Below are positions 9,096-20,237 of a DNA stretch of 64,000 nucleotides, piece by piece. The DNA is from Candidatus Poribacteria bacterium (GTDB lineage: Bacteria > Poribacteria > WGA-4E > WGA-3G). The position numbers and the translations under genes are program-made. Positions within the stretch are counted from its first letter, which is position 1. Every line of letters starts with the position of its first letter. The notes under the pieces are model-generated. The model ran no database searches. It was not told where the DNA came from and saw only the letters and a list, made by a program, of their open reading frames with translations. The stretch covers positions 5,024,001 through 5,088,000 of the forward strand of contig OZ243938.1 in assembly GCA_965214095.1 (NCBI GenBank), read 5' to 3'.

Positions 9096-11549
9096 ATGAA
9101 AAAACACATTTTAATATATCTATTACTGTTAACTATCACACCGTTACCAGTTTTTGCACAGACAGGCACAATTGAAGGCACAGTCTATAATCAAACAACC
9201 GGAAAACAACTAAAGAATGCAGAAGTACACATCCTTGAAACCGATGAACGTCAGAAAAGTGATGCTGAAGGTAAGGTCTGGTTCACAGGAGTTACACCCG
9301 GAACTTATGCACTCACAATCACACACCCCGATTTTACTACGCCAACAAAAACGACCGTAACAGTAACCGCAGGACATACAACACAGATAAAAATGTCACT
9401 CGGTGAAGTGCTTGAATTAGAAACAGTTGTTGTAGAAGGGGAACGGGTGCCACCAACGGTAAGCCGAAAAGACATTCGTGGGAGTGAACTGCTGCGTATT
9501 GCAGGCGCAGGTACGGATGCCCTCAAAGGATTGACGACACTTCCAAGTATCGGTATTCCAAACGATTTTTTTGGTGTGCTGTATATCCGTGGGAGTGAAC
9601 CAGGTTCTAACCTCTACTACCTTGACCGGACACCACTCGGCTATCCATTTCACTGGGGTGGGTTGCTATCAACGATTAGTTCAGAAACGATTGATACAAT
9701 TGACATCTATGCGGGTGGATATGGAGCACAATTTGGATTAGATTCGCAAGCGGTACTTGACATCCATGCACGTGATAGTATAGGTGAATTGTTTGATGGA
9801 AAGTTTAACATTAATATATGGTATTCAGAAGGTCTACTTGAAGGGAGTATCGGTGACAAGGGATATATGTCGGTTTCTGGTCGTAGGAGTTATCTTGACC
9901 TTATTGTTGGACCGTTACTTGAACAGGAATCAGGATCAGATCAGCAATTCCCATTTTTTTCCGACTATCAACTTAAATTTGCCTACTCGCTAACAGAGAA
10001 GCATCACCTAACAGTCAATGCATTCGCAGCGACAGATCACTTTCACTTTACCTCTGAAGAGTCAACTGATGAAATTGAGATTCCTGATTCAGAATTGGAT
10101 GAAAGTGAGCCCCCTGTTACAGAATCCGAGCCCTTTACATCTACAATCTTTTTCAAAAACGGTTTTAGTGGTCAAGGCATCCATCTCCGTTCAAACTTCA
10201 GTGAGAATCTCAAATCACATCTATCGCTGACACGATCACTTAATTACCTTGATATTAACTTATACGCTACAATTTCGCAAGCTACTACTTATAATGAAGA
10301 TGGCATGTTAATTGATAGTTCTACAGAATCGGCTGAATATCAATTAAAAGTGGACGTTCCGGTTTATACCCTCCGTGAAGACCTGTCATATAAATTGACA
10401 CCTACACTTCAACTTGAACCGGGATTTCTGTTTGCATTCAGTCCTGCCGATAGTACTGAACACTCCAGTTATCCTGCATTTGAAGAACTCTTTGAAGAAG
10501 ATAGAATTGAACAGGTACAACGGACGACTCCATCCGATATAGAGTATGACGAAGATGGTAAAGCTTTTCTACGGACGACGAAAACAAGTGATTATGAATT
10601 TGGACATGACTTGCAACGCACTGAAGGTTATCTCCAAGCACGATACGACGCATCCGAGATACTTTCATTTGCATTTGGACTCAGACTGGATTATCTCAAT
10701 CTGATTGATCAAGTTTCTGTTCAGCCACGTGGTAGTGTGAGTTTCAAACTGCCGATTGGTTCTAATCTGCGTTTCGCTTACGGACATTATGAACAGAGTC
10801 CGCTTCTTTCTCAGCTGCTATCGGAGAATGGAAACCCTGCATTAAAATCAAGTCTCAACCAACACTATATTATGGAGATAGAGCATGAACTCTCATCTCA
10901 AACTGAAGTCAAGTTTGCGACATATTACAAAGATGTCCGAAAGTTAATAACTGAGGATGCAGTTGACAACTATCTTAATCAAGGCTATGGATATGTTGGG
11001 GGTATAGAAGGATTTCTACGGTATAGGGTGCCAGATAAATTCTTCGGTTGGATTTCCTATGCATACACGCACGCAGAACGTAAGGACAAGCCTGATGTCT
11101 CATATCAACCGTATCTTTTTGATAACACCCACATCGTTAGCATTGTGGCGAACTATAGTTTCAGTTCAGATTTTGAAGTGGGCGCGAAATGGCAATACTT
11201 AAGTGGAACATCTGAAGCACCAATTAGCACAATTGTTCTTATTCAAGACCCTGTGACACGTGGGTTAAATCCACTGTTTGCCGATTTTGACAAAGCACTG
11301 AGCGCAAAACTTAACCCATACCATAGATTAGATTTTCGTGTTAGCAGAAAGTGGAACATTTTTGGTATGAAGGTCGGAGGCTTTCTTGAACTGTTGAATG
11401 TCTACAATCGAGAAAACACGTTTGAGTTTATTCTTGAAGAGGGTACATTTGAGATACAGGGTGAGGAAATCGAAATTGAAGAACAAGAAGTCGGTGAAAG
11501 TGGTCAAATACCACGTCTGATATATTTCGGTTTGACATTAGATTTTTGA
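9096..11549 (+). CDS. TonB-dependent receptor (N-terminal carboxypeptidase-regulatory-like domain)
   Basis: Signal peptide, GTIEGTVY...LKNAEV, LETVVV TonB box, LYIRGS plug, GGYGAQFG, ELLNVYN, C-terminal F. Confidence 0.9.
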   Translation: MKKHILIYLLLLTITPLPVFAQTGTIEGTVYNQTTGKQLKNAEVHILETDERQKSDAEGKVWFTGVTPGTYALTITHPDFTTPTKTTVTVTAGHTTQIKMSLGEVLELETVVVEGERVPPTVSRKDIRGSELLRIAGAGTDALKGLTTLPSIGIPNDFFGVLYIRGSEPGSNLYYLDRTPLGYPFHWGGLLSTISSETIDTIDIYAGGYGAQFGLDSQAVLDIHARDSIGELFDGKFNINIWYSEGLLEGSIGDKGYMSVSGRRSYLDLIVGPLLEQESGSDQQFPFFSDYQLKFAYSLTEKHHLTVNAFAATDHFHFTSEESTDEIEIPDSELDESEPPVTESEPFTSTIFFKNGFSGQGIHLRSNFSENLKSHLSLTRSLNYLDINLYATISQATTYNEDGMLIDSSTESAEYQLKVDVPVYTLREDLSYKLTPTLQLEPGFLFAFSPADSTEHSSYPAFEELFEEDRIEQVQRTTPSDIEYDEDGKAFLRTTKTSDYEFGHDLQRTEGYLQARYDASEILSFAFGLRLDYLNLIDQVSVQPRGSVSFKLPIGSNLRFAYGHYEQSPLLSQLLSENGNPALKSSLNQHYIMEIEHELSSQTEVKFATYYKDVRKLITEDAVDNYLNQGYGYVGGIEGFLRYRVPDKFFGWISYAYTHAERKDKPDVSYQPYLFDNTHIVSIVANYSFSSDFEVGAKWQYLSGTSEAPISTIVLIQDPVTRGLNPLFADFDKALSAKLNPYHRLDFRVSRKWNIFGMKVGGFLELLNVYNRENTFEFILEEGTFEIQGEEIEIEEQEVGESGQIPRLIYFGLTLDF

Positions 11550-11642
11550 TAGGCGCATGTTTGACAATATTTGTGGCATTTATCGCATTAGAAATTGTAT
11601 AATTCAACTATAATGACATATTGAGAATAGGAGTTACATATC

Positions 11643-13868
11643 ATGAAGGAGTTTTTCTGTCTACTGATGGTTCTGCTAATTCCAGCAGTTGCCTTTTCTA
11701 ATATAGGTGTGATCAATGGTACTGTCTATAGTCGTGAAACAGATGAACCGTTAGCAGGAGCAGAGGTACAAATCATTGGAATTGAGGGAAGCAAAACAAC
11801 CGACGAAACAGGTTCGTTCTCGTTCATGGATATACCCAAGGGAGAATATACTCTATCAATAACTTTTCCTGGTACTGAAATAGAAGAAAAGATAACTATA
11901 ATCGTTCAGGAAGGGAAAAATCTTACACCTACAATCTACATTGATGCTGTTGCGTACGATCTTGAGGGTGTAGAAATCAAAACGAAACGCGAACCGAAAC
12001 CGGTCATCAAGAGAAGTCTTCAAGCCAAGGAAATCACACGTATTCCTGGCACAGCGGGAGATGCCCTACGCGCATTGCCGGCAATTCCAGGTATCGGTGT
12101 AGCGAACGATTTTAGTGGGGCACTTTATATCCGTGGTGGTTCAGATGAGGATAATCTCTATTACTTTGACCGCGTTCCTGTTGGCTATCCTTACCATTTT
12201 GGTGGACTTGTTTCGTCATTAAGTTCCGAGATTATTGAAAGAATTGATGTTTATGCAGGTGGTTATGGTGCCGAATTTGGCGTAGATTCTCAAGCGGTGA
12301 TAGACATCTATTCTCAAAACAGCAGCCCAGAAAACCTACGTGGAAAGTTCAATCTCAACCTATTATATTCAGAAGGATTACTCCAAGGAAAAATCGGAGA
12401 AAAAGGATATTGGTATGCTGCTGGACGTAGAAGTTATATTGACCTTTTCATTGGCTCTCTATCTTTTGCAACAGGTGCAATCACTGCGTTTCCACGATTT
12501 TGGGATTACCAATTGAAAGCTGGATACGACTTGAATGAGAAACATCAACTGTTTTTTAATCTGTTCGCTTCAGGAGATAGGTTTGCCGTTCGATTAGATG
12601 GGGCAAATGTAGACGAAGATTTCAGAGGAAATACCAGTTTTGAAAGTGGATTTGAAGGTGCGGGAATACATTTCCGTTCCTCACTTACGGATAGACTTAC
12701 CTCCTATCTATCCTTTACACGTTCAAATTTCTTATTTGATGTCAACTTTGGACCTTTGATCTCGCTTAATATTGATGCCCCAAATTATACGCTCAGAGAA
12801 GACCTTACCTATGAGTTAAACGAGAAAAATCGGTTGGAAACAGGACTGATTGTCGGTCTTGAACCGGGAGAAGTTTCTGGTACTTTCACACGAATACCGG
12901 ATGAAGGTGAAATTGAGTATGATATCCGGTTTGAAGCAAAGAGGACAATAGACGAGAAAGTTCGAGGGCAACGCATAGAAAGTTACTTACAGAACAGGTA
13001 TAATGTGTTGCCATTTTTATCTGTTGTGTATGGGTTAAGAGTTGACTATTTTAACCGGATAGACGAACTTACAATACAACCACGCGGGAGTTTAAGACTT
13101 GAATTACCCAACAGTTCGGAACTCCAATTTGCTTACGGCATATATAATCAAACACCTATTCCGGCGCAACTTTCGGATAGCGTTGGTAATCCAAATTTAA
13201 AATCCAGTCAGGCGAGTCATTATATCCTTGAGCTTAAACGTGAGTTGTCTCCTGATACAGAAATCAAGATAGCTGCCTATTACAAAGATCTGATTAACTT
13301 AGTGACATCTGACGACATTGCTGTTTTTCTAAATCAAGGTGAGGGTTATGCACAAGGCACAGAAGTATTTCTAAGACATCAAAGTGGGGACAAGTTTTTC
13401 GGTTGGATATCTTATGCTTATGCACTTTCAAAACGACGTGACCGCGATGGCGAACCCTATCGTTACTATTCGTTTGATCAAACACACGTGGCTACTATTG
13501 CAGGAAGTTATAATCTGACACCGACGTGGGAATTCGGCGCGAAATGGCAGTATCGCACGGGTAATCCATATACACCTGTTGAAAGTGCAAAACGGGTGCC
13601 CGATCCAAGATTGAACGGCAAATGGATCTATCTTCCAGAATATGGAGAGACGAACTCAGGAAGATTACCACCTTATCATCGGTTGGACTTGCGGGTGAGT
13701 AAATCCTTCAGATTCAACAGTTGGGGATTTGGCATCTTTTTGGAACTACTCAACGCCTATAACCGTAAAAATCTGCTGGATTATCAATATGAAGATGATT
13801 ATTCCGATAAAAGCGCAATTAATCAATTGCCTATTATTCCTTATTTAGGCATTACAGCCGAATTCTAA
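11643..13868 (+). CDS. TonB-dependent receptor (paralog 2)
   Basis: LYIRGG, GGYGAEFG, RLPPYHRLDLR, ELLNAYN, terminal AEF. Confidence 0.9.
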   Translation: MKEFFCLLMVLLIPAVAFSNIGVINGTVYSRETDEPLAGAEVQIIGIEGSKTTDETGSFSFMDIPKGEYTLSITFPGTEIEEKITIIVQEGKNLTPTIYIDAVAYDLEGVEIKTKREPKPVIKRSLQAKEITRIPGTAGDALRALPAIPGIGVANDFSGALYIRGGSDEDNLYYFDRVPVGYPYHFGGLVSSLSSEIIERIDVYAGGYGAEFGVDSQAVIDIYSQNSSPENLRGKFNLNLLYSEGLLQGKIGEKGYWYAAGRRSYIDLFIGSLSFATGAITAFPRFWDYQLKAGYDLNEKHQLFFNLFASGDRFAVRLDGANVDEDFRGNTSFESGFEGAGIHFRSSLTDRLTSYLSFTRSNFLFDVNFGPLISLNIDAPNYTLREDLTYELNEKNRLETGLIVGLEPGEVSGTFTRIPDEGEIEYDIRFEAKRTIDEKVRGQRIESYLQNRYNVLPFLSVVYGLRVDYFNRIDELTIQPRGSLRLELPNSSELQFAYGIYNQTPIPAQLSDSVGNPNLKSSQASHYILELKRELSPDTEIKIAAYYKDLINLVTSDDIAVFLNQGEGYAQGTEVFLRHQSGDKFFGWISYAYALSKRRDRDGEPYRYYSFDQTHVATIAGSYNLTPTWEFGAKWQYRTGNPYTPVESAKRVPDPRLNGKWIYLPEYGETNSGRLPPYHRLDLRVSKSFRFNSWGFGIFLELLNAYNRKNLLDYQYEDDYSDKSAINQLPIIPYLGITAEF

Positions 13869-15967
13869 TGTATTTTCTTGAGACTAAAACAGTGAAATTA
13901 AGCCTCATCTTATTACTTCTTATTCTTCCAATCACTGTTTTAGCACAAGAAGATGACCCAGTACAAGATGAAATATCGGAAGATATTATCACACTCCCAC
14001 CTGTAGTCAAGATAGAAGAGCGGATTGAAAGGAAACAACGGCACACACTTGGCGGCAAATCAATTACAAGTGCTGTAGGAAGTGGTGGTGATCCGCTGCG
14101 CGCCTTAAATCAACTCCCCAGTGTCGGCACACTCAATGATTTTGTAGGTATCCTATCCGTACGTGGTGGCGACCCTGAAGATAATATCTACTATTTTGAT
14201 CGGTTGCCTTTAGGATATCCCTATCATCTATACGGCATCGTCTCCACAGTGAATGCTGATGTGCTACAAAAAATAGATGTATATCCTGGTGGATACGGTG
14301 TGCAGTATGGTGCCGACTCTCAAGCAGTGATTGATATACATTCGCGCGGTAATACTGATAAACGTGTAGCTGGAAAACTCAATCTGAATCCTGTCTACTC
14401 TCAATCGTTTCTTGAAGGGAGTATAGGAGGAAACCGTGGATATTGGTATGTATTTGGTCGTCGGAGTTTTATGGGACCACTTTTTGAACTATTACCGATA
14501 TTGCTGGAGGTTGATGATGATCTGGTTACAGAAGTGCCAAGATTCTGGAGTTATCAAGGAAAGGTAGTCTACCAATTAAGTAAGTACAATAGATTGGTTG
14601 TGAATGCTATTGCAGCAGACGATTCTGCCAAATTTCGTTTTACTGAAGATGAGGTCTCTGATAGCGATCTACGAGGTCCACTGAATTCAGAAAACCCTTT
14701 TGATTCCCAAGGCATCCATTTCCATTCTGAAAAAGAAGAGACATTCAGTTCCGTTGTTTCTCTAACACGGTCATTTTCGCGCACACAACTTGAATATGGC
14801 GATGGCTACTTCTATAAAGATTCGGATAGTGTGTATTCGCTCCGAGGGGATCTTCAGTATTGGGTAGAATTTCCGAAGACACTCATAGAATCAGGTTTTG
14901 ATATTGCCAGTGTGCCATCAAATCTTACAAGTATTGGTGCACGACCACTTGAAGAAGGTGATTGGGATTTTGACTTCAGGTTGAAACAGGATGGCGAAAA
15001 GGTGCATACCACATCGTCTCAAGTCTTGCATCGGCTTGAAGGATATTTGCAAGGAACGCAAGATCTGTTTTCAGCTCGTTATGTTGACTTATTTGGCACC
15101 GTAGGGTTGCGGACAACCTACTATAACCTGATTGATAGTTTTTATATTCAACCACGCGGTCAATTCGGCTTAACTCTCGGTCCTGATAATACAAGTGCTT
15201 ACGGATTATCGCTTCTACCTGTTGACCTCCGTTTTATGTATGGTAAATATGTTCAGAACCCGCAACTTTATCAAGTTGTTTTTGGCAATGACAATCCGGA
15301 TATTGCACCGAGCCATGCCACACATTATGTTGTTGCAATAGAGAAAAGATTGACTGCTGAAACGAGGATTGAGGTTGCAGGATATTACAAAAATCTACAG
15401 GACATGATTACCTTCAACCTTGCTGAAAAACGTTATGAAAATCAGCGGACAGGTTCTGTGAGAGGCATTGAATTCTCGTTGGAACACGAAATAGGGGATG
15501 TGTTTCGCGGATGGTTGGCGTATTCCTATACTTTGTCAAGAAGACGTGATTCCCATAAAGAAAAAGAAAGAGATTTTATGTATAGTACCCCGCACGTTAT
15601 GTCTGTTGGGTTGAACTACACATATTCTACTTTGGAATTCGGTGCTAATTGGCAATACAAAAGCGGTATATTATATGCACCCTTGGCAGACAGAGAACGT
15701 TATACAAACCCCTTTACCAAAAATGAGACATGGATTCCTGTCTATGGCGAACTACAACGCGCAGAAGCCTATCACCGTTTAGATCTGCGTATTCATTGGT
15801 CTGTCTTGAGAATAAATAGATTCAAGTGCGGATTTACAGCAGAAATCTGGAATGCATATAATCGCACAAACATTCTTCAAGTGCGTTATAATGCTAACTA
15901 TACGAAAGAGGTCCCTGTTGCACAACTACCCTTGATTCCCTTCCTTGCGTTTACAGTGGAATACTGA
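13868..15967 (+). CDS. TonB-dependent receptor (paralog 3, lacks N-terminal extension)
   Basis: LSVRGG, GGYGVQYG, YHRLDLR, terminal VEY; start overlaps previous stop. Confidence 0.9.
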   Translation: MYFLETKTVKLSLILLLLILPITVLAQEDDPVQDEISEDIITLPPVVKIEERIERKQRHTLGGKSITSAVGSGGDPLRALNQLPSVGTLNDFVGILSVRGGDPEDNIYYFDRLPLGYPYHLYGIVSTVNADVLQKIDVYPGGYGVQYGADSQAVIDIHSRGNTDKRVAGKLNLNPVYSQSFLEGSIGGNRGYWYVFGRRSFMGPLFELLPILLEVDDDLVTEVPRFWSYQGKVVYQLSKYNRLVVNAIAADDSAKFRFTEDEVSDSDLRGPLNSENPFDSQGIHFHSEKEETFSSVVSLTRSFSRTQLEYGDGYFYKDSDSVYSLRGDLQYWVEFPKTLIESGFDIASVPSNLTSIGARPLEEGDWDFDFRLKQDGEKVHTTSSQVLHRLEGYLQGTQDLFSARYVDLFGTVGLRTTYYNLIDSFYIQPRGQFGLTLGPDNTSAYGLSLLPVDLRFMYGKYVQNPQLYQVVFGNDNPDIAPSHATHYVVAIEKRLTAETRIEVAGYYKNLQDMITFNLAEKRYENQRTGSVRGIEFSLEHEIGDVFRGWLAYSYTLSRRRDSHKEKERDFMYSTPHVMSVGLNYTYSTLEFGANWQYKSGILYAPLADRERYTNPFTKNETWIPVYGELQRAEAYHRLDLRIHWSVLRINRFKCGFTAEIWNAYNRTNILQVRYNANYTKEVPVAQLPLIPFLAFTVEY

Positions 15968-16058
15968 TATTCTACCAACTCATTTTCTATAATCCAATTT
16001 CCCACCAATTGCGTCATATACTTTATAAAGACTCTCTATATTCAAGGAGGCAGCGCAT

Positions 16059-18290
16059 TTGGTCAAATCTTTATTTTCTTTCCAACATTTTTTAATTATC
16101 AGAACTTTCCTTTTTCTCTCCATTTATTCCTTACTTTCTATTTCTATTGTATTTGCCGAATCAACGGACTACCAGATTAAAGCATACCGCACTTATGAGA
16201 GTGTTGAAATTGACGGTGAACTCAACGAAGCGGATTGGCAGAAAGCAGATGCTATCAAACAGTTTGTGCAAATAGAACCTTTTGAAGGTGAAAGCAGTTC
16301 TGAACCGATGGAGGTACGGATTCTTTACGACGATGAGAATATCTATATCGGATTTATCTGTTATGATTCACAGATGTCAAAACTGATTGCCAATGAGATG
16401 CGTAGAGATGCGCGCGACATACACGAAAATGACAATGTCTTTATTTTGATGGATACATACAACGATAAACGGAGTGGTTTCTTCTTCCGTGCTAACGCAT
16501 TAGGAGCCATACAGGATAGGGTGATAACGAATAACGGAGATACGCTCAACAATGACTGGGATGCTGTTGTGGCATGTAAGTCCAAAATCCATGAGACATC
16601 ATGGACGACTGAGTTGAGCATTCCATTTAGCCAGTTACGTTTCAAAAAAAGCGACCCAATGCAGTGGGGTCTTAATGTGGGACGCGAGTTGATACGGAAT
16701 CAAGAGGAATCCGTATGGGCTCCTGTGCCTGCCTCCTACGGTGGTTTAGCCAAGTATCGAACTACAAACTTGGGGACACTTGTCGGTTTAGATGGTATTT
16801 CTCCCGCACGGAATATAGAATTATTGCCTTATGTCCTACCCGGCATAACACAGAATACCGATGATAATGCCGTGTATGAGACGACTCGTCAATTCAAACT
16901 CGGATTTGATGCGAAGTATGCTATTACACCAAACCTTATCAGCGATATTACCTATAACACAGATTTTGCACAGGTTGAAGCAGATCAGGAACAGGTTAAC
17001 CTAACACGTTTCAATCTCTTTTTTCCCGAAAAACGCACCTTCTTTTTGGAAGGTGCAGGACTTTTTGATTTTGGCATACCGAGGCAGAGTTTTCGTCGTC
17101 CACCCCCAATGCTTCTGTTTTACAGTAGACGTATTGGGTTGGAAGAAGGTAACGCCATTCCGATTATCTTCGGTGGTAAAGCAAGCGGCAAGGTGGGTTC
17201 TTATGGTATCGGATTTTTGAATGTGCTTACCGATGAATTCTATACGGAAGTGGATGATGAAGATCCGATTGATATACCCTACAACAATTATTCTGTCCTG
17301 CGTATAACAAAAGATGGTGCTGCGGGGTCACGGTTCGGTTTTATTGCAGTGAACAAGGATGAAGTTGGAGACTACAACCGCGCAGGTGGATTTGATTTTG
17401 AGTTTCGTCCGAACGATAGTATTGATGTACGGGGTATGTGGGCACGAACATTTACACCTAATATGTCGGGACGGAATAATGCTTGGTATTTAGGGACAAA
17501 ATGGCGAAATGATGTCTTTAGATTCGGCGCGTCATACACGGATATTGACGAAGATTTTGATCCTGCTGTCGGTTTTGTCAGAGACCCAGGTGTTCGGAAT
17601 ATGAGAGCTGATCTTCGGTGGGCACCCCGACCAAATAAATACGGAATTCGTGAAATGTGGTCAGGACCTGAAGTCAATTACATCCTCACTCAAGAAAATG
17701 AATTAGACCGTTGGAATCTCTCATACACACATTGGACATCGTTCACAACTAACGATTCAATCATGATTAATGTAAGAAGTAGATTTGAACGGCTTGATGA
17801 AGATTTTGAAATTCGTGAGGATGTGATTATCCCAATTGGAGAATACCGATTCAGCACAATCGGAGGACGTTTTTCAACGAGCGATAGTCGAATAGTCAGT
17901 TCCACAGTTGGTTTTGAATTAGGGAATTTTTATAATGGACAAATTCGTAAATTTTTTGTTGATGGAAATCTAAAACCGAATGGACAGATCAGTATAAATG
18001 TGGACTACGAATTTAATCGCGTCAATCTACCCAATAATTCTTTTGATGCGAACCTTTTTTCTGGTAGATTCAACTATTCCTTTTCAACCACACTGTTTGC
18101 CAAGTTATTTGCACAGTGGAATACTGAAGCACAAGTTATTTCAACCAACCTTCTGATTAACTATATCTATCGTCCGGGGAGTGATTTCTATTTTGTTTTC
18201 AATCAATCTTATGACACAGACCCGGCTACGAAGGCAGTGCTACGGAGTTCTACGGTAGTGGCAAAAATGACGTTTTGGTGGAATCCTTAG
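16059..18290 (+). CDS. CBM9-like sugar-binding / DUF5916 outer-membrane protein
   Basis: IDGELNEADW, ELSIPFSQLRF, NTDFAQVEAD, NLTRFNLFFPEKRTFFLEG, LFYSRRIG. Confidence 0.85.
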   Translation: MVKSLFSFQHFLIIRTFLFLSIYSLLSISIVFAESTDYQIKAYRTYESVEIDGELNEADWQKADAIKQFVQIEPFEGESSSEPMEVRILYDDENIYIGFICYDSQMSKLIANEMRRDARDIHENDNVFILMDTYNDKRSGFFFRANALGAIQDRVITNNGDTLNNDWDAVVACKSKIHETSWTTELSIPFSQLRFKKSDPMQWGLNVGRELIRNQEESVWAPVPASYGGLAKYRTTNLGTLVGLDGISPARNIELLPYVLPGITQNTDDNAVYETTRQFKLGFDAKYAITPNLISDITYNTDFAQVEADQEQVNLTRFNLFFPEKRTFFLEGAGLFDFGIPRQSFRRPPPMLLFYSRRIGLEEGNAIPIIFGGKASGKVGSYGIGFLNVLTDEFYTEVDDEDPIDIPYNNYSVLRITKDGAAGSRFGFIAVNKDEVGDYNRAGGFDFEFRPNDSIDVRGMWARTFTPNMSGRNNAWYLGTKWRNDVFRFGASYTDIDEDFDPAVGFVRDPGVRNMRADLRWAPRPNKYGIREMWSGPEVNYILTQENELDRWNLSYTHWTSFTTNDSIMINVRSRFERLDEDFEIREDVIIPIGEYRFSTIGGRFSTSDSRIVSSTVGFELGNFYNGQIRKFFVDGNLKPNGQISINVDYEFNRVNLPNNSFDANLFSGRFNYSFSTTLFAKLFAQWNTEAQVISTNLLINYIYRPGSDFYFVFNQSYDTDPATKAVLRSSTVVAKMTFWWNP

Positions 18291-18306
18291 TAAGAAAATT
18301 AAATAG

Positions 18307-18335
18307 TTGACATATCAATTTATTAATGATATAAT
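18307..18335 (+). promoter_or_regulatory. Consensus sigma70 promoter upstream of tonB
   Basis: TTGACA-17bp-TATAAT. Confidence 0.8.
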
Positions 18336-18484
18336 TGTATCTTAAACAGAATTATGATATAATTCCATGTGAAAAGCTTATTTCCAATAACGATTGATTT
18401 TACGAACTATCTCATAAACTCCGGTAAGTGTGTTCGTTGAAAGCGCGCTATCGACATCACGAGATAACTGTAAGGAGAAAAGAG

Positions 18485-19435
18485 ATGAGTAGAAGTTCCG
18501 ATATCGTATCACAAATCCACAAACGCAGAGCTGATCGGAAAAAACCAAAAGTCAACGCGAAGTTGAAAACGGTCAGCATTGCTGAGAGTCAGGCAAGTGG
18601 ACTTGCAACTGCAAGCGAGAATAAACCACCGCCGATTACTCTTCAGAAAACAGGCGGCCGAAACTCTGCTGCGTTAACATTTTCTATTGGATTGCATGTC
18701 CTGATAGCAGTTGTTTTAGGGATTATTGTTATCAAGGATCAAGTAGCAACGGGGACAGAAGAGTTAGCAGCAGCTTTAATCCCTCAAGATCTACCGCAGA
18801 AAAAACGGGTTATTGCCACGAATCGTCCAAAAGTAACATTTAAAGCACAAGATAATGTTGTTGAGACACCAATTAAACGTGCAGTCCCAACAAATCCAAG
18901 AATCCCGAATCCATTGGGAGGTCCCACACTTCCCAGTGCTCCTGACGCAACTTTCGCTCCTGTTGGACCTTCGTTGAATGAAGGGCCTAAACTTATAGGA
19001 CCTTCTACTGGATTGAGACGACCGATTCAACCCACACAAACTAATGTAAAACCTACATTGGATAGACCAACCTCACAGGGTGGTCCAATTATTGACCTTG
19101 ATATCCCAGAATCCGCTGATGGACCCACCTTAAAAGTACCTGAAATTACCGTGACAGAACAAGGAATGACTGCCCCGAGACCCAAAAACCAAGTGAAACC
19201 AACCTATCCTAAAAATGCCAGACGCGCACAGAAGGAAGGGAAAGTCGTGCTACAGGCAACTATCGGATTAGATGGGATTCCGAAAGATATTGTTGCTTTA
19301 ACTACACTCGGTTTCGGTTTTGAACAGGCTGCAATTGCTGCGTTGAAAAAGACAAGATATTTTCCAGCAGAGAAAAACGGGAAAAAAGTTGAAGGCAGGT
19401 TCAATATTCCTTTTGAATTCGAATTAGAAGACTAA
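18485..19435 (+). CDS. tonB: Energy transducer TonB
   Basis: TM helix with S..LH motif (FSIGLHV), Pro-rich linker, TonB_C (PTYPKNARRAQKEGKVVL...FPAEKNGKKV); start reassigned to MSRSS (RBS AAGGAG). Confidence 0.9.
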   Translation: MSRSSDIVSQIHKRRADRKKPKVNAKLKTVSIAESQASGLATASENKPPPITLQKTGGRNSAALTFSIGLHVLIAVVLGIIVIKDQVATGTEELAAALIPQDLPQKKRVIATNRPKVTFKAQDNVVETPIKRAVPTNPRIPNPLGGPTLPSAPDATFAPVGPSLNEGPKLIGPSTGLRRPIQPTQTNVKPTLDRPTSQGGPIIDLDIPESADGPTLKVPEITVTEQGMTAPRPKNQVKPTYPKNARRAQKEGKVVLQATIGLDGIPKDIVALTTLGFGFEQAAIAALKKTRYFPAEKNGKKVEGRFNIPFEFELED

Positions 19436-19439
19436 GGTC

Positions 19440-20237
19440 TTATTGAATTTTCAACATACCTTTCGCAGCAAAATTGCGTACTAAACTAACAACAGATTGC
19501 TGGGCAGTCTCACTTATTTGCCTCTGTTCAAAAGTGAGCTGCTCAGTTGCTGTTTCTATCATTTCCACTTTTTCTGATGACATATTATCAAAAAATCTAT
19601 CCTGAATTTCAGTAGACGTATTGTACAAAGCAAGTGCTAAGGTGTTTGTCTCTAATACTTGTAGCAGCGTTATGATCGCATCATCAGGTAAATACACAAT
19701 GTCATCAAAGGTGAACAAACTATCAGAGATTGTGTCAACTAAGTGCGGTTGATTTTTCTCCAAGGCTTCCATCAGTTGATTCTGACGTTCCATATCAACT
19801 TTTGCAAGAAATTTCGCAACGTTTTTTGCCCTGTTTCCGAAGAATAATGTAGTTTCCAGTGAGTCTTTCATTTTCGTGATAAAGTCAGTCCATATCTGTT
19901 CTGCTTGCTGTGTGTCTACCATCTCCGTGACTGCTAATTGTTCTGCAATACGAAGTTGTTTCTGAAAGGGAAACTGCGCGAACATTTGTTGTGCATAAGC
20001 AGTAAGTGTACCTTCCGGTTCCTCTTTAGATGAATCACCCCTAACCAATGTCCTCCGTATTTCTTCAGAATTATCTGTCACTCCTTTGTTCGTAGCAACA
20101 TCAAGCAGCAATAAAAACACTGCGATGTCTGTATCTTCTGCCTCCTCAAACGCTCTCATCACCACAGGCATCGGTGTCTTTTCAAATATGTCAGTCAGTT
20201 CTTGAAGAGAATCTTCATTTAAGAAGGATGCGGTCAT
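19440..20237 (-). CDS. FliG C-terminal domain-containing protein (orphan)
   Basis: LFTFDDIVYLPDDAIITLLQVLETNTLALAL...IQDRFFDNMS...SETAQQSVVSLVRNFAAKG matches the FliG_C pattern. Confidence 0.75.
   Translation of the reverse strand: MTASFLNEDSLQELTDIFEKTPMPVVMRAFEEAEDTDIAVFLLLLDVATNKGVTDNSEEIRRTLVRGDSSKEEPEGTLTAYAQQMFAQFPFQKQLRIAEQLAVTEMVDTQQAEQIWTDFITKMKDSLETTLFFGNRAKNVAKFLAKVDMERQNQLMEALEKNQPHLVDTISDSLFTFDDIVYLPDDAIITLLQVLETNTLALALYNTSTEIQDRFFDNMSSEKVEMIETATEQLTFEQRQISETAQQSVVSLVRNFAAKGMLKIQ

Noticed and set aside
11575-11592. sigma54 promoter upstream of TBDR2 (TGGCATTTATCGC)
   Set aside because: The GG-to-GC spacing does not fit -24/-12.
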